Assembly (NCBI RefSeq): GCF_963921235.1
Contig: NC_086108.1
Location: 12,338,001 to 12,402,000 of the forward strand
Direction: 5' to 3'
DNA: 64,000 nucleotides
DNA from: Mobula hypostoma
Lineage: Eukaryota
Part shown: piece after piece, positions 46,901 through 59,370 of the stretch
Layout: each line of letters starts with the position of its first letter
Numbering within the stretch: position 1 is the first letter of the stretch
Notes under the pieces: model-generated
What the model was told of the DNA's origin: nothing
Database searches by the model: none
What the model saw: only the letters and a program-made list of their open reading frames with translations
Made by a program: the position numbers and the translations under genes

Positions 46901-48304
46901 TGGCATCGAGGACGCAACATACGATCCAGGTGTCCGTATCACATCCACAGAATCTGCTTTCTGCTCGTCTATTTCTGGAATCCCCTATAACGACTGCAGT
47001 CCTCTTCTTCCCCCTTCTCTTCTGAGCCACAGCACCAGACAGTGCTAGAGATCCAGTCGCTGCCCCTCTCCCCAGTAGGTTCTCTCCGCCCCTCAATAGA
47101 ATCCAAAGTGATATACTTAATCCTGAGGGGAATAGCCACAGGGTATTCCGGACTGGCTGCTTACCTTCTTTCCCTCTCCTAACCTCCTGCAACTTAGGGA
47201 TGATTACCTCCCTGTAGCTCCTATCAATCATCTCCTCATTCTCCCGTACGAGCCGAAGGTCAGGGAGCTGCAGCTCCAGTTCCTTCCGGTCTCTAAGGAG
47301 CTGCAGCTTGGTGCACTTCATGCAGGTGCACTTATCAGGGAGGCTGGAGTTCCAACATCTCACACAAGGAGCGTGCTGTGAAATCTGGATCCATTCACAG
47401 CACACTAGCTATATATATCAGAAAAAGATACCTTACTGGATGCTTGCGTTCTTAATTAGAATCTCCACCTGTGCTTTCCTACGCCTGTTCTTGCCTAAGC
47501 CTGTTGAGCCAAAGCATGGCCACTCTAACATTTTCCACTCACACAATGGCCGCTCCACTTCTGCCTCCCTTCTTTTTGTTGACTCTGCGCTGATTGCAGC
47601 CCACTGAAAAGAGATGAAAGCATCAGAGCACTTTTTAAATCTCACGCTGCGTCACCAAGAATCAACCTTTCGCACTGATTACAACCCACCACTGGGGGCA
47701 CCGGATACAGTAGATGACCTCAAAAGACTCACAGGTGGAGTTGGGCCTCACCTAGAAGGACTAGTAGGGAGCCTGACTTGTGGTGAGGGAGGAGGTGAAA
47801 GGGCAGGTGTAGTACTTGTCCCACTTAGGGGGGATGTGCCAGGGGGGAGATTAGAGGGGGTGGAGTGTGAATTGTCAAGTGAGTCAGGTAAAGAGCAACC
47901 CTTGTGGTAGGGTATGGATGGGGAGGGGAGGAAATCTGCAAATCTCTCCATTTCTATTGTTTATCCATTCTCTGAGCAACAGTTGAATCTGTTTCCCCTG
48001 CATTCCCTGGCATCACAACCGGAGTAAGACAGCTCCCTTTATAAATCAGACTGTCATTTCCCTAAGGCCTTTTGCCAATCTCCTTTAAACCATGTCCTCT
48101 AATCACTGGTCTGCTAGCTGTGGGAAATACTTCCTCTTCTGTTCAATCAAGTTCCTCAGGTTTGGACACAGGTTAAACCTCTCCTCGGTTAAGCTCAGAC
48201 AGACAGCAGATGAGGGATGGGAAACTGGAACTGCTCATTACTTCCTTACAAATTTCAGTCTCTGAAACCACTTCACCCACCTGAAGCAGTCTGGAAAAAC
48301 CTAC
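40958..48304 (+). repeat. Tandem segmental triplication, copy 2 (7,347 bp)
   Basis: Junction aacctac-a-tgagtgg at 40951-40965. Confidence 0.98.
41170..43106 (+). pseudogene. CR1 ORF2 (RT) remnant, copy 2
   Basis: ORFs 41237-42031 and 42044-42502. Confidence 0.95.
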
Positions 48305-51300
48305 ATGAGTGGAATCCAACGCCACACTCACAGGCACCTGTCGAGACCAAGTCACTGGGTATATTTAAAGCAGAGGTTGATAGATTCTTGATTAGATAGG
48401 GCATGAAGGGATACAAGAGATGGCAGGAGATTGCGGCTGAGAGGGAAATTGGATCAGCCATGATGAAATGGCGGAGCAGTCTCAATGGGCCAAATGGCCT
48501 GATTCTGCCCCTGTATGCTCACGAAAGGTTAAAAAAAACTAGGTAATGATAGAGATCTAGAAGAATATAAGGCGAACAGGAAGGTGTTTAAGAATGAAAT
48601 TAGGAGAGCCAGAAGGGGCCATGAGAAGGCCTTGGTGGACAGGATTAAGGAAAACCCCAAGGCATTCTACAAGTATGTGAAGAGCAAGAGGATAAGACGT
48701 GAGAGAATAGGACCAATCGAGTGTGACAGTGGAAAAGTGGGTACAGAACCAGAGGAGATGGCAGAGGTACTTAATGAATACTTTGCTTCAGTATTCACTA
48801 CGGAAAAGTATCTTGGCAATTGTAGGGATGACTTGCAGTGGACTGAAAAGCTTGAGCATATAGATGTTAAGGAAGAGGGTGTGCTGGAGCTTTTGGAAAG
48901 CATCAAGCTGGATAAGTCACTGGGACTGGACGGGATGTACCCCAGGCTACTGTGGGAAGCGAGAGAGGAGATTGCCGAGCCTCTGGCAATGATCTTTGCA
49001 TCATCAATGAGGACGGGAGAGGTTCCAGACGATTGGAGGGTTGCGGATGTCGTTCCCTTATTCAAGAAAGGGGGTAAGGATAGCCCAGGAAACTATAGAC
49101 CAGTGAGTCTTACTTCAGTGGTTGGTAAGTTGATGGAGAAGATCCTGAGAGGCAGGACTTATGAACATTTGGAGAGGCATAATATGATTAGGAATAGTCA
49201 GCATGGCTTTGTGAAAGGCAGATCATGCCTTACAAGCCTGATTGAACTTTTTGAGGATGTGACTATACACATTGATGAAGGTAGAGCCGTAGATGTAGTG
49301 TATATGGATTTTAGCAAGGCATTTGATAAGGTACCCTATGCAAGGCTTATTGAGAAAGTAAGGAGGCATGGGATTTAAGGGGACGTTGCTTTGTGGATCC
49401 AGAACTGGCTTACTCACGGAAGGCAAAGTGCGGTTGTAGACGGGCCATATTCTGCATGGAGGCCGGTGACCAGTATTGTGTCTCAGGGATCTGTTCTGGG
49501 ACCCCTACTCTTTGTGATTTTTATAAATAACCTGGATGAAGAAGTGGAGGAATTGGTTAGTAAATTTGATGATGACACAAAGGTTGGGGGTGTTGTGGAT
49601 AATGTGGAGGGCTGGCAGAGGTTACAGTGGGACATTGATAGGATGCAAAACTGGGCTGAGAAGTGGCAGATGGAGTTCAACCCTGATAAGTGTGAGGTGG
49701 TTCATTTTGGTAGGTCAAATATGCTGGCAGAATATAGTACTAATGGTAAGACTCTTGGCAGCATGGAAGATCAGAAGGATCTTGGGGTCCGAGTCCATCG
49801 GACACTCAAAGCTGCTACGCAGGTTGATTCTGTGGATAAGAAGGCATAGGGTGCATTGGCCTTCATCAACTGTGGGATTGAGTTTAAGAGAAGAGGTAAT
49901 GTTGCAGCTACATAGGACCCTGGTCAGACCCCCTTGGAGTACTGTGCTCAGTTCTGGTCGCCTCACTACAGGAAGGATGTGGAAACCATAGAAAGGGTGC
50001 AGAAGAGATTTACAAGGATGTTGCCTGGATTGGAGAGCATGCCTTATGAGAATAGTTTGAATGCACTCAGCCTTTTCTCCTTGGAGTGATGGAGGACGAG
50101 TGGTGACCTGATAGAGGTGTACAAGATAATGAGAGGCATTGATCATGTGGGTAGTCAGAGGCTTTTTCCCAGGGCTGGAATGGCTAGCAAGAGAGGGTGT
50201 ATTCTTAAGGTACTTGGAAACAGGTACAGAGGAGATGTCAGGGTAAGTTTTTTTACGTAGAGAGTGGTGAGTGCGTGGAATGGGCTGCTGGCGGCGGTGG
50301 TGGAGGTGGAAACGATAGGGTCTTTTAAGAGACTCCTGGATGGGTACATGGAGCTTCGAAAAATAGAGGGCTATGGGTAAGCCTAGGTCGTTCTAAGGTA
50401 AGGACATGTTCGGCACAGCTTTGTGGGCCGAAGGGCCTGTATTGTGCTGTAGGTATATTGAAAGCCCTCGATAGAGTAGATGTGGAGAGGATGTTTTCTA
50501 TAGTAGGGGAGATTAGCATCAGAGGGCACAGTCTCAGAATAGGCAGAGGTCCATGTAGAATAGAGATGACAGGAGTTTCAGAGGCCGTTGAATCTGTGGA
50601 ATTCATTGCCACGGAGGGCTGTGGAGTCCAAGTAAATGAGCGTATTTAAAGTGAAGGTTGCTAGGTTCTTGTTTAATCAGGCATCAGAGGTTACTGGGAG
50701 AAGGCAAGAGAATGGGCTTGAGCCTTGATGGTTTGGCAGAGCAGACTCAATGTACCTGATAACCTAATTCTGCTCCTCTGTCTATGCAGCTGTAAATACT
50801 TCAGGCCTCTCTGAGTGCTATTAGCCTGGGAGTTCTTACCTTGTCTCTATTTAATCGCACCCATTCACCGTCCTCGTTTCACAAAAAGCAGGCAAATTAT
50901 TACCGGCCGGGATTTGAGCAGAACAGCTCCGAGTCCAACCAGAAAGCTAGGTTCAAGGTGGGACAAGGCTAAGGAAAGTATCCTTGGGTGGTTCTGGGAT
51001 CACATATTGAAAACCAGGTCCAATATCACCTTCTGCCCTCCGGGGCTTCACATCTCCTCAGCTGCTCTAATCCATTCTGCCGGGAGCTATTGACCACTCT
51101 GCCAGTCAGGCAGATGGACCCTTCACCTGGGCTAGGCTAAACTCAGAGGAGAACATCTGTAATTTAGTGGTCACTAAATTGAGAGGCTGGGGACCTCTAG
51201 AAATTGGGTTTTAAGGCTGATCTTTACGTAAGATTTCTCATCACCAGTCAGATGTTCACCATTACTCTGGGTCTCTTGCACCAGTGCTTGTATCTCTTCC

Positions 51301-54300
51301 TCTCACCTTTGTATCCTCCCCATCCATTAGTCTAATTCTCACCCATATTCCTTTGCACACTTCCGCAAGCCAACACACTCCTCATTCCATCCTCAGGGAC
51401 CCACCACCTCTCTACTGCCTCAGAGTTCATTCTATCTTGGGGGAGACCTCCAGACCACTCCAACCCCCCTCCCAAGCCCATTCCGGAACTGATGGATTGT
51501 CAGACAACAAATCACTGTCCTTTGCTGGTTTTTGTAAATGTCTAGAAACGTTGAACATGAGTCAGGACTTTAGTGGAGTCAACATGATTCTTCAAATGCT
51601 GAGGAGGCCCCCAGCTCACCTGTGCGGTTCCTCTGAAGTTTCTGAGGCACTTGTAATGTCTCAGGAAGGTAGTACAGGAAGAGGCTATTCAGCCCATCTG
51701 TGCAGACTCCTTGAAAACTACTTAATCACTCCCATGTCCCACATCTTCCTCACAGTCCTGCAAATGTCAGGCAACACACACAAAATGCTGAAGAAACTCA
51801 ACAGGTCAGGAAGCTTCTATGGAGATAATTTAGTGTCAACGTTTGAGGCTGAGACCCTTCATCAAGACTGGAAAGGAAGAAATGAGAATAAGAATGTAGG
51901 GCAATGGGGGGGCGTACAGCTGGCAGGTGATTTGTGAGACGGGGGGGTAGGAATGGGTGGTTAGGGGAGAATGGGTGAAGTAAAAAGCTGGAAGATGATA
52001 GGTGGAAGAGGTAAAGGGCTGAAGAAGAAGGAATCTGATAGGAGAGGAGAGTAGACTATGGGAGAAAGGGAAACAGGAGGAACCAGGAGGAGGCGATAGG
52101 CAGGTAAGGAGAAGAGAAGAGACAAGGGGGGAGTCATAATGAAGAATGGAAAGAGAGAGAAGGGAGAGAAATTACTGGAAGTTAAAGCAGTCAAAGTTCA
52201 TGCCATCAGGTTGGAGTCTACCAGACAGAATATGAGAATTTCTCCTTCACTCTGAGTCTGGCCTCATTGTAGCGGTAGTGGAGACCATGGACCGATATGC
52301 CTGAATGGGAATGTGAAAAAAAATTAAAATGGGAAATCCTGCCTTTTACAGTGGAGGAAGCAAAGGTTTTTCATGAAAAGCCCCCATACCCCCCCCCCAA
52401 TCTACTGTAGGTCTCGTTGATGTAGAGGAGGCCACATTGACTATAAGACCATAAGACATACAGTAGAAGCAGAATAAGGCCATTCATCCCATCAAGTCTG
52501 CTCCATCATTCCATCATGGCTAATTTATTTTCCCTCTCAACCCCATTTTCGTACGTCCTCCCGTAACCTTTGATGCCCTGACTAATCAAGAACCTATCAA
52601 CCTCCGACTTAAATCTACCCAATGACTTGGCCTTCACAGCTGCCTGTGGTAACAAATTCCACAGATTCACCACTCTCGAGCTAAAGAAATTCCTTCTCAT
52701 CTCTGTTCTAAAGGACATCACTCAGTTCTGAGGCTGTCCCCTCTGGTCCGAGACTTCCCCACTATCCTCTCAACATGCATTCTAATGAGATCTTTTGATA
52801 TTTGAAGCACTTCAATGAGATCACCTCTCACGCTTCTAAATTACAGCAGGTACAGGCCTAGAACTATCAAACACTCCTCATACATTAACCCTGTCATGCC
52901 AGCACATCGTTTCTTAGACGAGGGACTCAAAACTGCTCACAATACTGCAAGTGTGGTGGCCGGTGCCTTATAAAGCCTCAGCATGACATCCTTGCTTTTG
53001 TAATCTAATCCTCCTGGAATGAATAGTTAACATTGCACTTCACTTCTTCATCACCAACGCAACCTTTTCTATTGAGATACAGTGTAGAGTACGGCCTTCT
53101 GGCCCTTCGAGCTGCAGCACCCAACGATCCCCTGATTTAACCCCTGCCTGATTACAGAACAATTTACAAACCTGCCGATCACTACATGTTTGGACTGTGG
53201 GAGGAAAGCGGAGCACCCAGTGGAAACCCACGTGGTCACAGGGAAAGTATACAAACTCCTTGCAGGCAGTGGCAGGAACCGAACCCGTTTCGCTGGTACT
53301 GTACAGTATTCTGCTAACCGTTACGTTACCTTCCCTCTGTTGGGATCCTTCACCAACCTGATTTCCCCAACCTAGCATTTTTAAATCCCTCATGATCATT
53401 ATAACATTGCCTTTTTTATCTTCTGTTGTAATTGGTACCCCACATCCTTGCTACTGTCCCAACAGAATCTCTATACCTTTCTAGTTTCTTAGCTCTACCC
53501 ACAAGGATTCTACATCTTCTAACCCTATGTCACCTCTTTCTAAGGACCACATTTCATTTTTTTTTACCAACAGAGCCACCCTACCCCCTCTGCCTACCTG
53601 CCTGTCCTTTTAATACAATGTATAAATTTGGATGTTAAGTTCACAACTATGATCTTCTTTCGGTCATGATTCATGTACCTTATTCCGTATACTGTGTGCA
53701 TCCATCCTGTATTCATCAGCCTTTTTAGGTTTTGACCCCCCCGTTACACTTTAACTCATCCCACTGACTGCAATTTTACCCTATCATCTACCTGTTCATC
53801 CTCACAGTCTCACTACACACTGCATCTAGTTGTACGCCAACTGCCTCATCCTCACTTCAGTTCCTATCCCTCAGCCAGTTTAGTTTAATGCCCCCCCCAA
53901 CAGCCCACAAGTATATTGGTACCCCTTGGGTTCAGGTGTAACCCACCCTGTTTGTACAGGTCATACCTTTCCCAGTAGCGATCCCAATAATCCAGAAATC
54001 TGAACATCTGCCTTCTGCACCAGTTCCTCAGCCACGCATTTACATGCAAAATATTCCTATTCTTACCCTCACTGGTGCGTGGCACAGGCAACAATCCAGA
54101 GATTACTATCCTGGCACACCTGCTTTTCAGCTTTCTACTCAGCTCCCCATATTCTCTCTTCAGGACCTCCTCCCTTCTCCTACCTATCTGGCTGCTCACC
54201 TATCCCCTTTAGAATGCTGTTGACCCAATCAGAGACATCCCTGACCCTGGCATCGAGGACGCAACATACGATCCAGGTGTCCGTATCACATCCACAGAAT

Positions 54301-55652
54301 CTGCTTTCTGCTCGTCTATTTCTGGAATCCCCTATAACGACTGCAGTCCTCTTCTTCCCCCTTCTCTTCTGAGCCACAGCACCAGACAGTGCTAGAGATC
54401 CAGTCGCTGCCCCTCTCCCCAGTAGGTTCTCTCCGCCCCTCAATAGAATCCAAAGTGATATACTTAATCCTGAGGGGAATAGCCACAGGGTATTCCGGAC
54501 TGGCTGCTTACCTTCTTTCCCTCTCCTAACCTCCTGCAACTTAGGGATGATTACCTCCCTGTAGCTCCTATCAATCATCTCCTCATTCTCCCGTACGAGC
54601 CGAAGGTCAGGGAGCTGCAGCTCCAGTTCCTTCCGGTCTCTAAGGAGCTGCAGCTTGGTGCACTTCATGCAGGTGCACTTATCAGGGAGGCTGGAGTTCC
54701 AACATCTCACACAAGGAGCATGCTGTGAAATCTGGATCCATTCACAGCACACTAGCTATATATATCAGAAAAAGATACCTTACTGGATGCTTGCATTCTT
54801 AATTAGAATCTCCACCTGTGCTTTCCTACGCCTGTTCTTGCCTAAGCCTGTTGAGCCAAAGCATGGCCACTCTAACATTTTCCACTCACACAATGGCCGC
54901 TCCACTTCTGCCTCCCTTCTTTTTGTTGACTCTGCGCTGATTGCAGCCCACTGAAAAGAGATGAAAGCATCAGAGCACTTTTTAGATCTCACGCTGCGTC
55001 ACCAAGAATCAACCTTTCGCACTGATTACAACCCACCACTGGGGGCACCGGATACAGTAGATGACCTCAAAAGACTCACAGGTGGAGTTGGGCCTCACCT
55101 AGAAGGACTAGTAGGGAGCCTGACTTGTGGTGAGGGAGGAGGTGAAAGGGCAGGTGTAGTACTTGTCCCACTTAGGGGGGATGTGCCAGGGGGGAGATTA
55201 GAGGGGGTGGGGTGTGAATTGTCAAGTGAGTCAGGTAAAGAGCAACCCTTGTGGTAGGGTATGGATGGGGAGGGGAGGAAATCTGCAAATCTCTCCATTT
55301 CTATTGTTTATCCATTCTCTGAGCAACAGTTGAATCTGTTTCCCCTGCATTCCCTGGCATCACAACCGGAGTAAGACAGCTCCCTTTATAAATCAGACTG
55401 TCATTTCCCTAAGGCCTTTTGCCAATCTCCTTTAAACCGTGTCCTCTAATCACTGGTCTGCTAGCTGTGGGAAATACTTCCTCTTCTGTTCAATCAAGTT
55501 CCTCAGGTTTGGACACAGGTTAAACCTCTCCTCGGTTAAGCTCAGACAGACAGCAGATGAGGGATGGGAAACTGGAACTGCTCATTACTTCCTTACAAAT
55601 TTCAGTCTCTGAAACCACTTCACCCACCTGAAGCAGTCTGGAAAAACCTACA
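48305..55652 (+). repeat. Tandem segmental triplication, copy 3
   Basis: Same junction at 48298-48312; unit ends gaaaaacctaca at 55652, followed by different sequence. Confidence 0.98.
48517..50453 (+). pseudogene. CR1 ORF2 (RT) remnant, copy 3
   Basis: ORFs 48584-49378 and 49391-49849. Confidence 0.95.
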
Positions 55653-55654
55653 CC

Positions 55655-55890
55655 CTTTTCCCTAACCTCCCTCATCCATTCCCTTTGAAACCACATCATA
55701 TATCATGATCAGGAAGCGTTCCCTAACTTTCCTCATCATCCCCCCTGAAGCCACACCATATATCATGATCAGGAAGCGTTCCCTAACTTTCCTCATCATT
55801 CCCCCTGAAGCCACACCATGTATTATGATCAGGGAGGGTTCCCTAACTTCCCTCATTCATTCCCTCTGAAACCATACATTTTATGATAAT
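55655..55890. repeat. 60-bp tandem repeat, 4 copies
   Basis: ccctaac at 55660, 55721, 55781, 55841. Confidence 0.92.
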
Positions 55891-55999
55891 CCTTAAAGTC
55901 ATCCTATGTACAAGTAGACTGTCACTAGTGCAATATGATAACATTTCAATGGTATCTACTCTGGGCAAAGGCTCTGAGGATGGAAGCAACTGAAAATCA

Positions 56000-56405
56000 T
56001 AAACACAAGAAGGACTGTGGATGCTGTAAATCCAAAGCAGCACACACAAAATGATGGAGGAACTCAGCAACTCATCTGTGGAAATGGATAAACAGTCACC
56101 ATTTCCTCAGGATTAAGAACGAAGATGGAAGGCACAAGAATAAAAAGGTAGGGGAAGGCCTCCCCTTCCCTCCTTCCTCTCTGTCCACTCTCCACTCTGT
56201 CCTTCCTCTCCACTCTGTCCTTTTACCTCTTCTCACCTACCTATTACTTACCCCCTGGGTCCCCACCTCCTTCCTTTTCCCCTATGGTCCACTTTCCTGT
56301 CCTGTCTGATTCCTTCTTCTCCAGTCCTTAACCTTTTCCACTTCCCTGCTTCATCTATCACCTTCGAACTATCTTTCTTCCCCTCCCTCTAACTTCTTAG
56401 CCTGG
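56000..56405. mobile_element. Old Penelope-like terminal fragments in opposite orientations
   Basis: ctgtggatgctg...cacacacaaaatgatggaggaactcagca, followed by a pyrimidine-rich block (cctatggtccact...tctgattccttcttctccag) that is the reverse complement of the UTR at 37280-37420. Confidence 0.6.
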
Positions 56406-56514
56406 CTTTGATTTTCAAGGATTATCTATATTTAAGCAAGGTTACATTCAAATATTAAATAACAAATAGAGAGTTGCAGAACAGAACATGACTCATGAAC
56501 CCAGTGCAGAGGGG

Positions 56515-56790
56515 TCAGTATAAAAAGGAGGTGGGAGTGGTGAGACAGGGATTTGGTAGATCCAGTGAAGAGAAGAGATAGTCAGTATAAAAACGAGATG
56601 GGAGAGGTGAGACGGGGGTTTGATGGATCCAGTGAAGGGAAGAGATAGTCAGTATAAAAAGGAGGTGGGAGTGGTGACGGGGGTTTGGTGAACCCATTGA
56701 AGAGGGGAGATGATCAGAGTAAAGAGGAGGGGGAGTGGTGAGACACAAGATTGGTGGATGCTGTGGTGGGGGAGGGTGAGAGGAGGTAAA
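56515..56790. repeat. ~67-bp tandem repeat, about 4 copies
   Basis: tcagtataaaa at 56515, 56582, 56649; diverged copy at about 56714. Confidence 0.85.
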
Positions 56791-57059
56791 GAATGATGAG
56801 AAGATGAAGCAAGTTTCAGGAGGTAGATGAGTGGAGTTTGAAGACAGGTTAAGGGGGTGATAAATGGAGAAGGAGAGGTTGAAGGTGCAGACAGCCACTG
56901 GAGAGAGATTACCAGGAACACAAAAGCTAGCAATTCTGGAGTTAACCAAAACAAGAAACAGCTAGGAGAGAGGATCAGGGCAGATAGAACCAGAACCAGA
57001 TGTGGAGAGGGGGATCAAGCCAGTGGATTAATTATTTTCCCTACAGATGGGAGGGTGAG

Positions 57060-57446
57060 AGTCTATCAGGCCCTGAGATGTGGACTTGGAGAAACCACGT
57101 GGAAGGTTGAACCATCAGAACAGTGAGATGCTGGTCTCTGCTCTTGTTGCAGGAGCAACCTCTCTCTCCCTCTCATGGAGAGCTTTTCTGAGATACCAAA
57201 ATGCTGGATTATGGCCTGTAGGTTTTGATGGACTCTATATCGAGGTCTCTTTGGGTGAGCTTTTGCTATTGCTTGTATGGTGGGAGAGTGAAGGGTCAGA
57301 GCTTCTGCGGGCACAAGTGGGGGGAGGGGCTTTGGGGTTCTGATGTTACTGTCATTCACTCTTTGGGGTTTCTTGTTCCGTGGATGTCTGTGAAGAGTAA
57401 GAATTTCAGGTTGTATAGTTCTCTGATATTAAGCTGAACCATTTGA
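57060..57446 (+). mobile_element. Family A repeat fragment
   Basis: ctgagatacc...gcttttgctattgcttgtatgg...gtggatgtctgtgaagagtaagaatttcagg...ctctgatattaagctgaaccatttga. Confidence 0.75.
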
Positions 57447-58062
57447 AATGCTGCTTAGCTCACTGAGTTCCTCTGGCAGATGGTTTGGTTCGATGCAGTA
57501 CGCATGAATTCAAGAGGCCAATGGCCTCCACCCTTGTTGTGACCATTCTGTGACTCAGTGACCATCCTACAAGGGGAGCCTACACTACAGCCAGAAGCCT
57601 CATCATTGATCACGCTTCAGAAGGTGGGTCACAGTCTCAGAAGGGTCTCAGGATAGTAGTTTCCTCAAATAGTTAAACTCTAAATGATCATGCAGGTCAC
57701 AGTCAGCAGTGCTAAATTTTTTAAGAGCACCCAGATGGTTTAATGGGCAGTTATTGGTTCTTGTTCTAATTGCCCAACCAGCAGCACGAAGGCATTGCTA
57801 GTGACTGTTTGATTGACCCTGGTTCAGAGAGACAGTTGAATTATCGACAGGCATTGTACAGGCGCAGAAATCACACCTCTCTTCCATGACCTGGGCAGAA
57901 GTGGAGGAAGCTGCATGAATATTTCATTTGGGCCAGGTCTCTTTGTGGAAACAAATGCGAGAGATGAATGATTTAACGAAAGGCTGAGTCTAGACAGCCT
58001 GCCCAGTGATTTGCACACTTTCCCAAGAGCAAATGGCACCATGTCTGGCTATATCAGGGAGA

Positions 58063-58690
58063 ATTAGAATCAGGGTTAATATCACCAGCATATGTCATGA
58101 AATGTTTAACTTTGTGGCAGCAGTACAATGCAAGACATAAATATAGAGAGAGAAAAAACATAAGTTACATATATATATATAGAAATAGTAATATTAAATA
58201 AGTAGTGCAAAAATTTAAAAAAATTCTTTAAAAATGAAATTTAAAAATAGTGAGGTAGCATTCATGGGTTCAATATTCATTCAGAATTGGATGGCAGAGG
58301 GGAAGAAGCTGTTCCTGAATCACTGAGTGGTTCTTCAGGCTCCTGTGCCACTTTCCTGATGGTAGCAATGAGAACAGGGCATGACCTGGGTAGTGAGGGT
58401 CCTATATGATAGATGCTGCCTTTTTGAGTCATCACAGAGACATCACTGAGACTTTTTTGAGACATGATGTCCTGGATAACAGAGGAGGCTACTGTCCATA
58501 ATGGAGCTGACAAAGTTTACAACTCTCTGTAGCCTATTTGCCCTGTGCAGTAGCCACCACCTCCACCCCACCCCACCCCCACCTCCATACCAGACGGTGA
58601 CGCAGACATTTAGAATGCTCTCACAGTATGCCGGTAGAGATTTGCAAGTGTCTTGGGGAACATACCAAATCTCCTCAAACTCCTAATGAG
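58063..58690 (-). mobile_element. Rex1/Babar-like LINE 3' fragment, degraded
   Basis: gatggcagaggggaagaagctgttcctgaa...cctgatggtagcaatgagaacagggcatgacctggg is the reverse complement of the HPGHALFSLLPSG/SFFP region. Confidence 0.75.
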
Positions 58691-58789
58691 GAGGGAGAAG
58701 AAGCTCAAATTGCTACAGCCAACTACACGGGCATCTAGAAACCTCTACATGCCCCCTTCTCTCACCCTTGTACAGCACATGACAGCATT

Positions 58790-58960
58790 CAGCAATCATG
58801 GTCTAATGATCCAGAAGTGAAGGTTCAAATCCCACCACAGCAGATAGGTAAATTAGATTATTCACTGAAACTGCAATGAAAACTTGGCAAGAAATTTCCA
58901 GCTCATTGTGAACCCCATCTGTTTGACCAAAAGTTTACAGGAATGAGCCTGTTAGCCTGA
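58790..58960 (+). mobile_element. Possible old tRNA-derived SINE
   Basis: B-box ggttcaaatccc at about 58822; remainder degenerate. Confidence 0.35.
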
Positions 58961-59139
58961 TGTCAGTAGTGCTGTGGTCCCCAACCACCAGGCCGCAAAG
59001 CATGTGCTACCGGGCCGCGAGGAAACGATATGATTTGGTGGTATGAAATGATATGAGCCAGCTGCACCTTTTTACGTTCCCTGTCACGCCCACTGTTGAA
59101 CTTGAACGCACGGGAGGTCATTACGCACGCGTCATTCAT

Positions 59140-59370
59140 GTCAGCGCGGGAAGAAGATCAATTCTTCGAGCTTGCAAATGACGACGAGCTGAAAAGTATG
59201 TTTGACATAACATCTCTGACAGCATTCTGGATCAAAGTCAAGGCTAAATATCCTGCAATAGCCACGAAAGCACTGAAAAAGTTGCATCCATTTCCAACAT
59301 ATCTCTGCGAAGCGGGGTTTTCTGCAATGAATGCAATGAAAACTAAATTGCACAATAGACCGGACATAAG
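59140..59370 (+). pseudogene. hAT transposase C-terminal dimerisation domain remnant (continues at 63048-63125)
   Basis: SLTAFWIKVKAKYPAIATKALKKLHPFPTYLCEAGFSAM..MKTKLHNR; after the CR1, ISLFPITPRWDCLVAGKQAQ. Confidence 0.88.
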
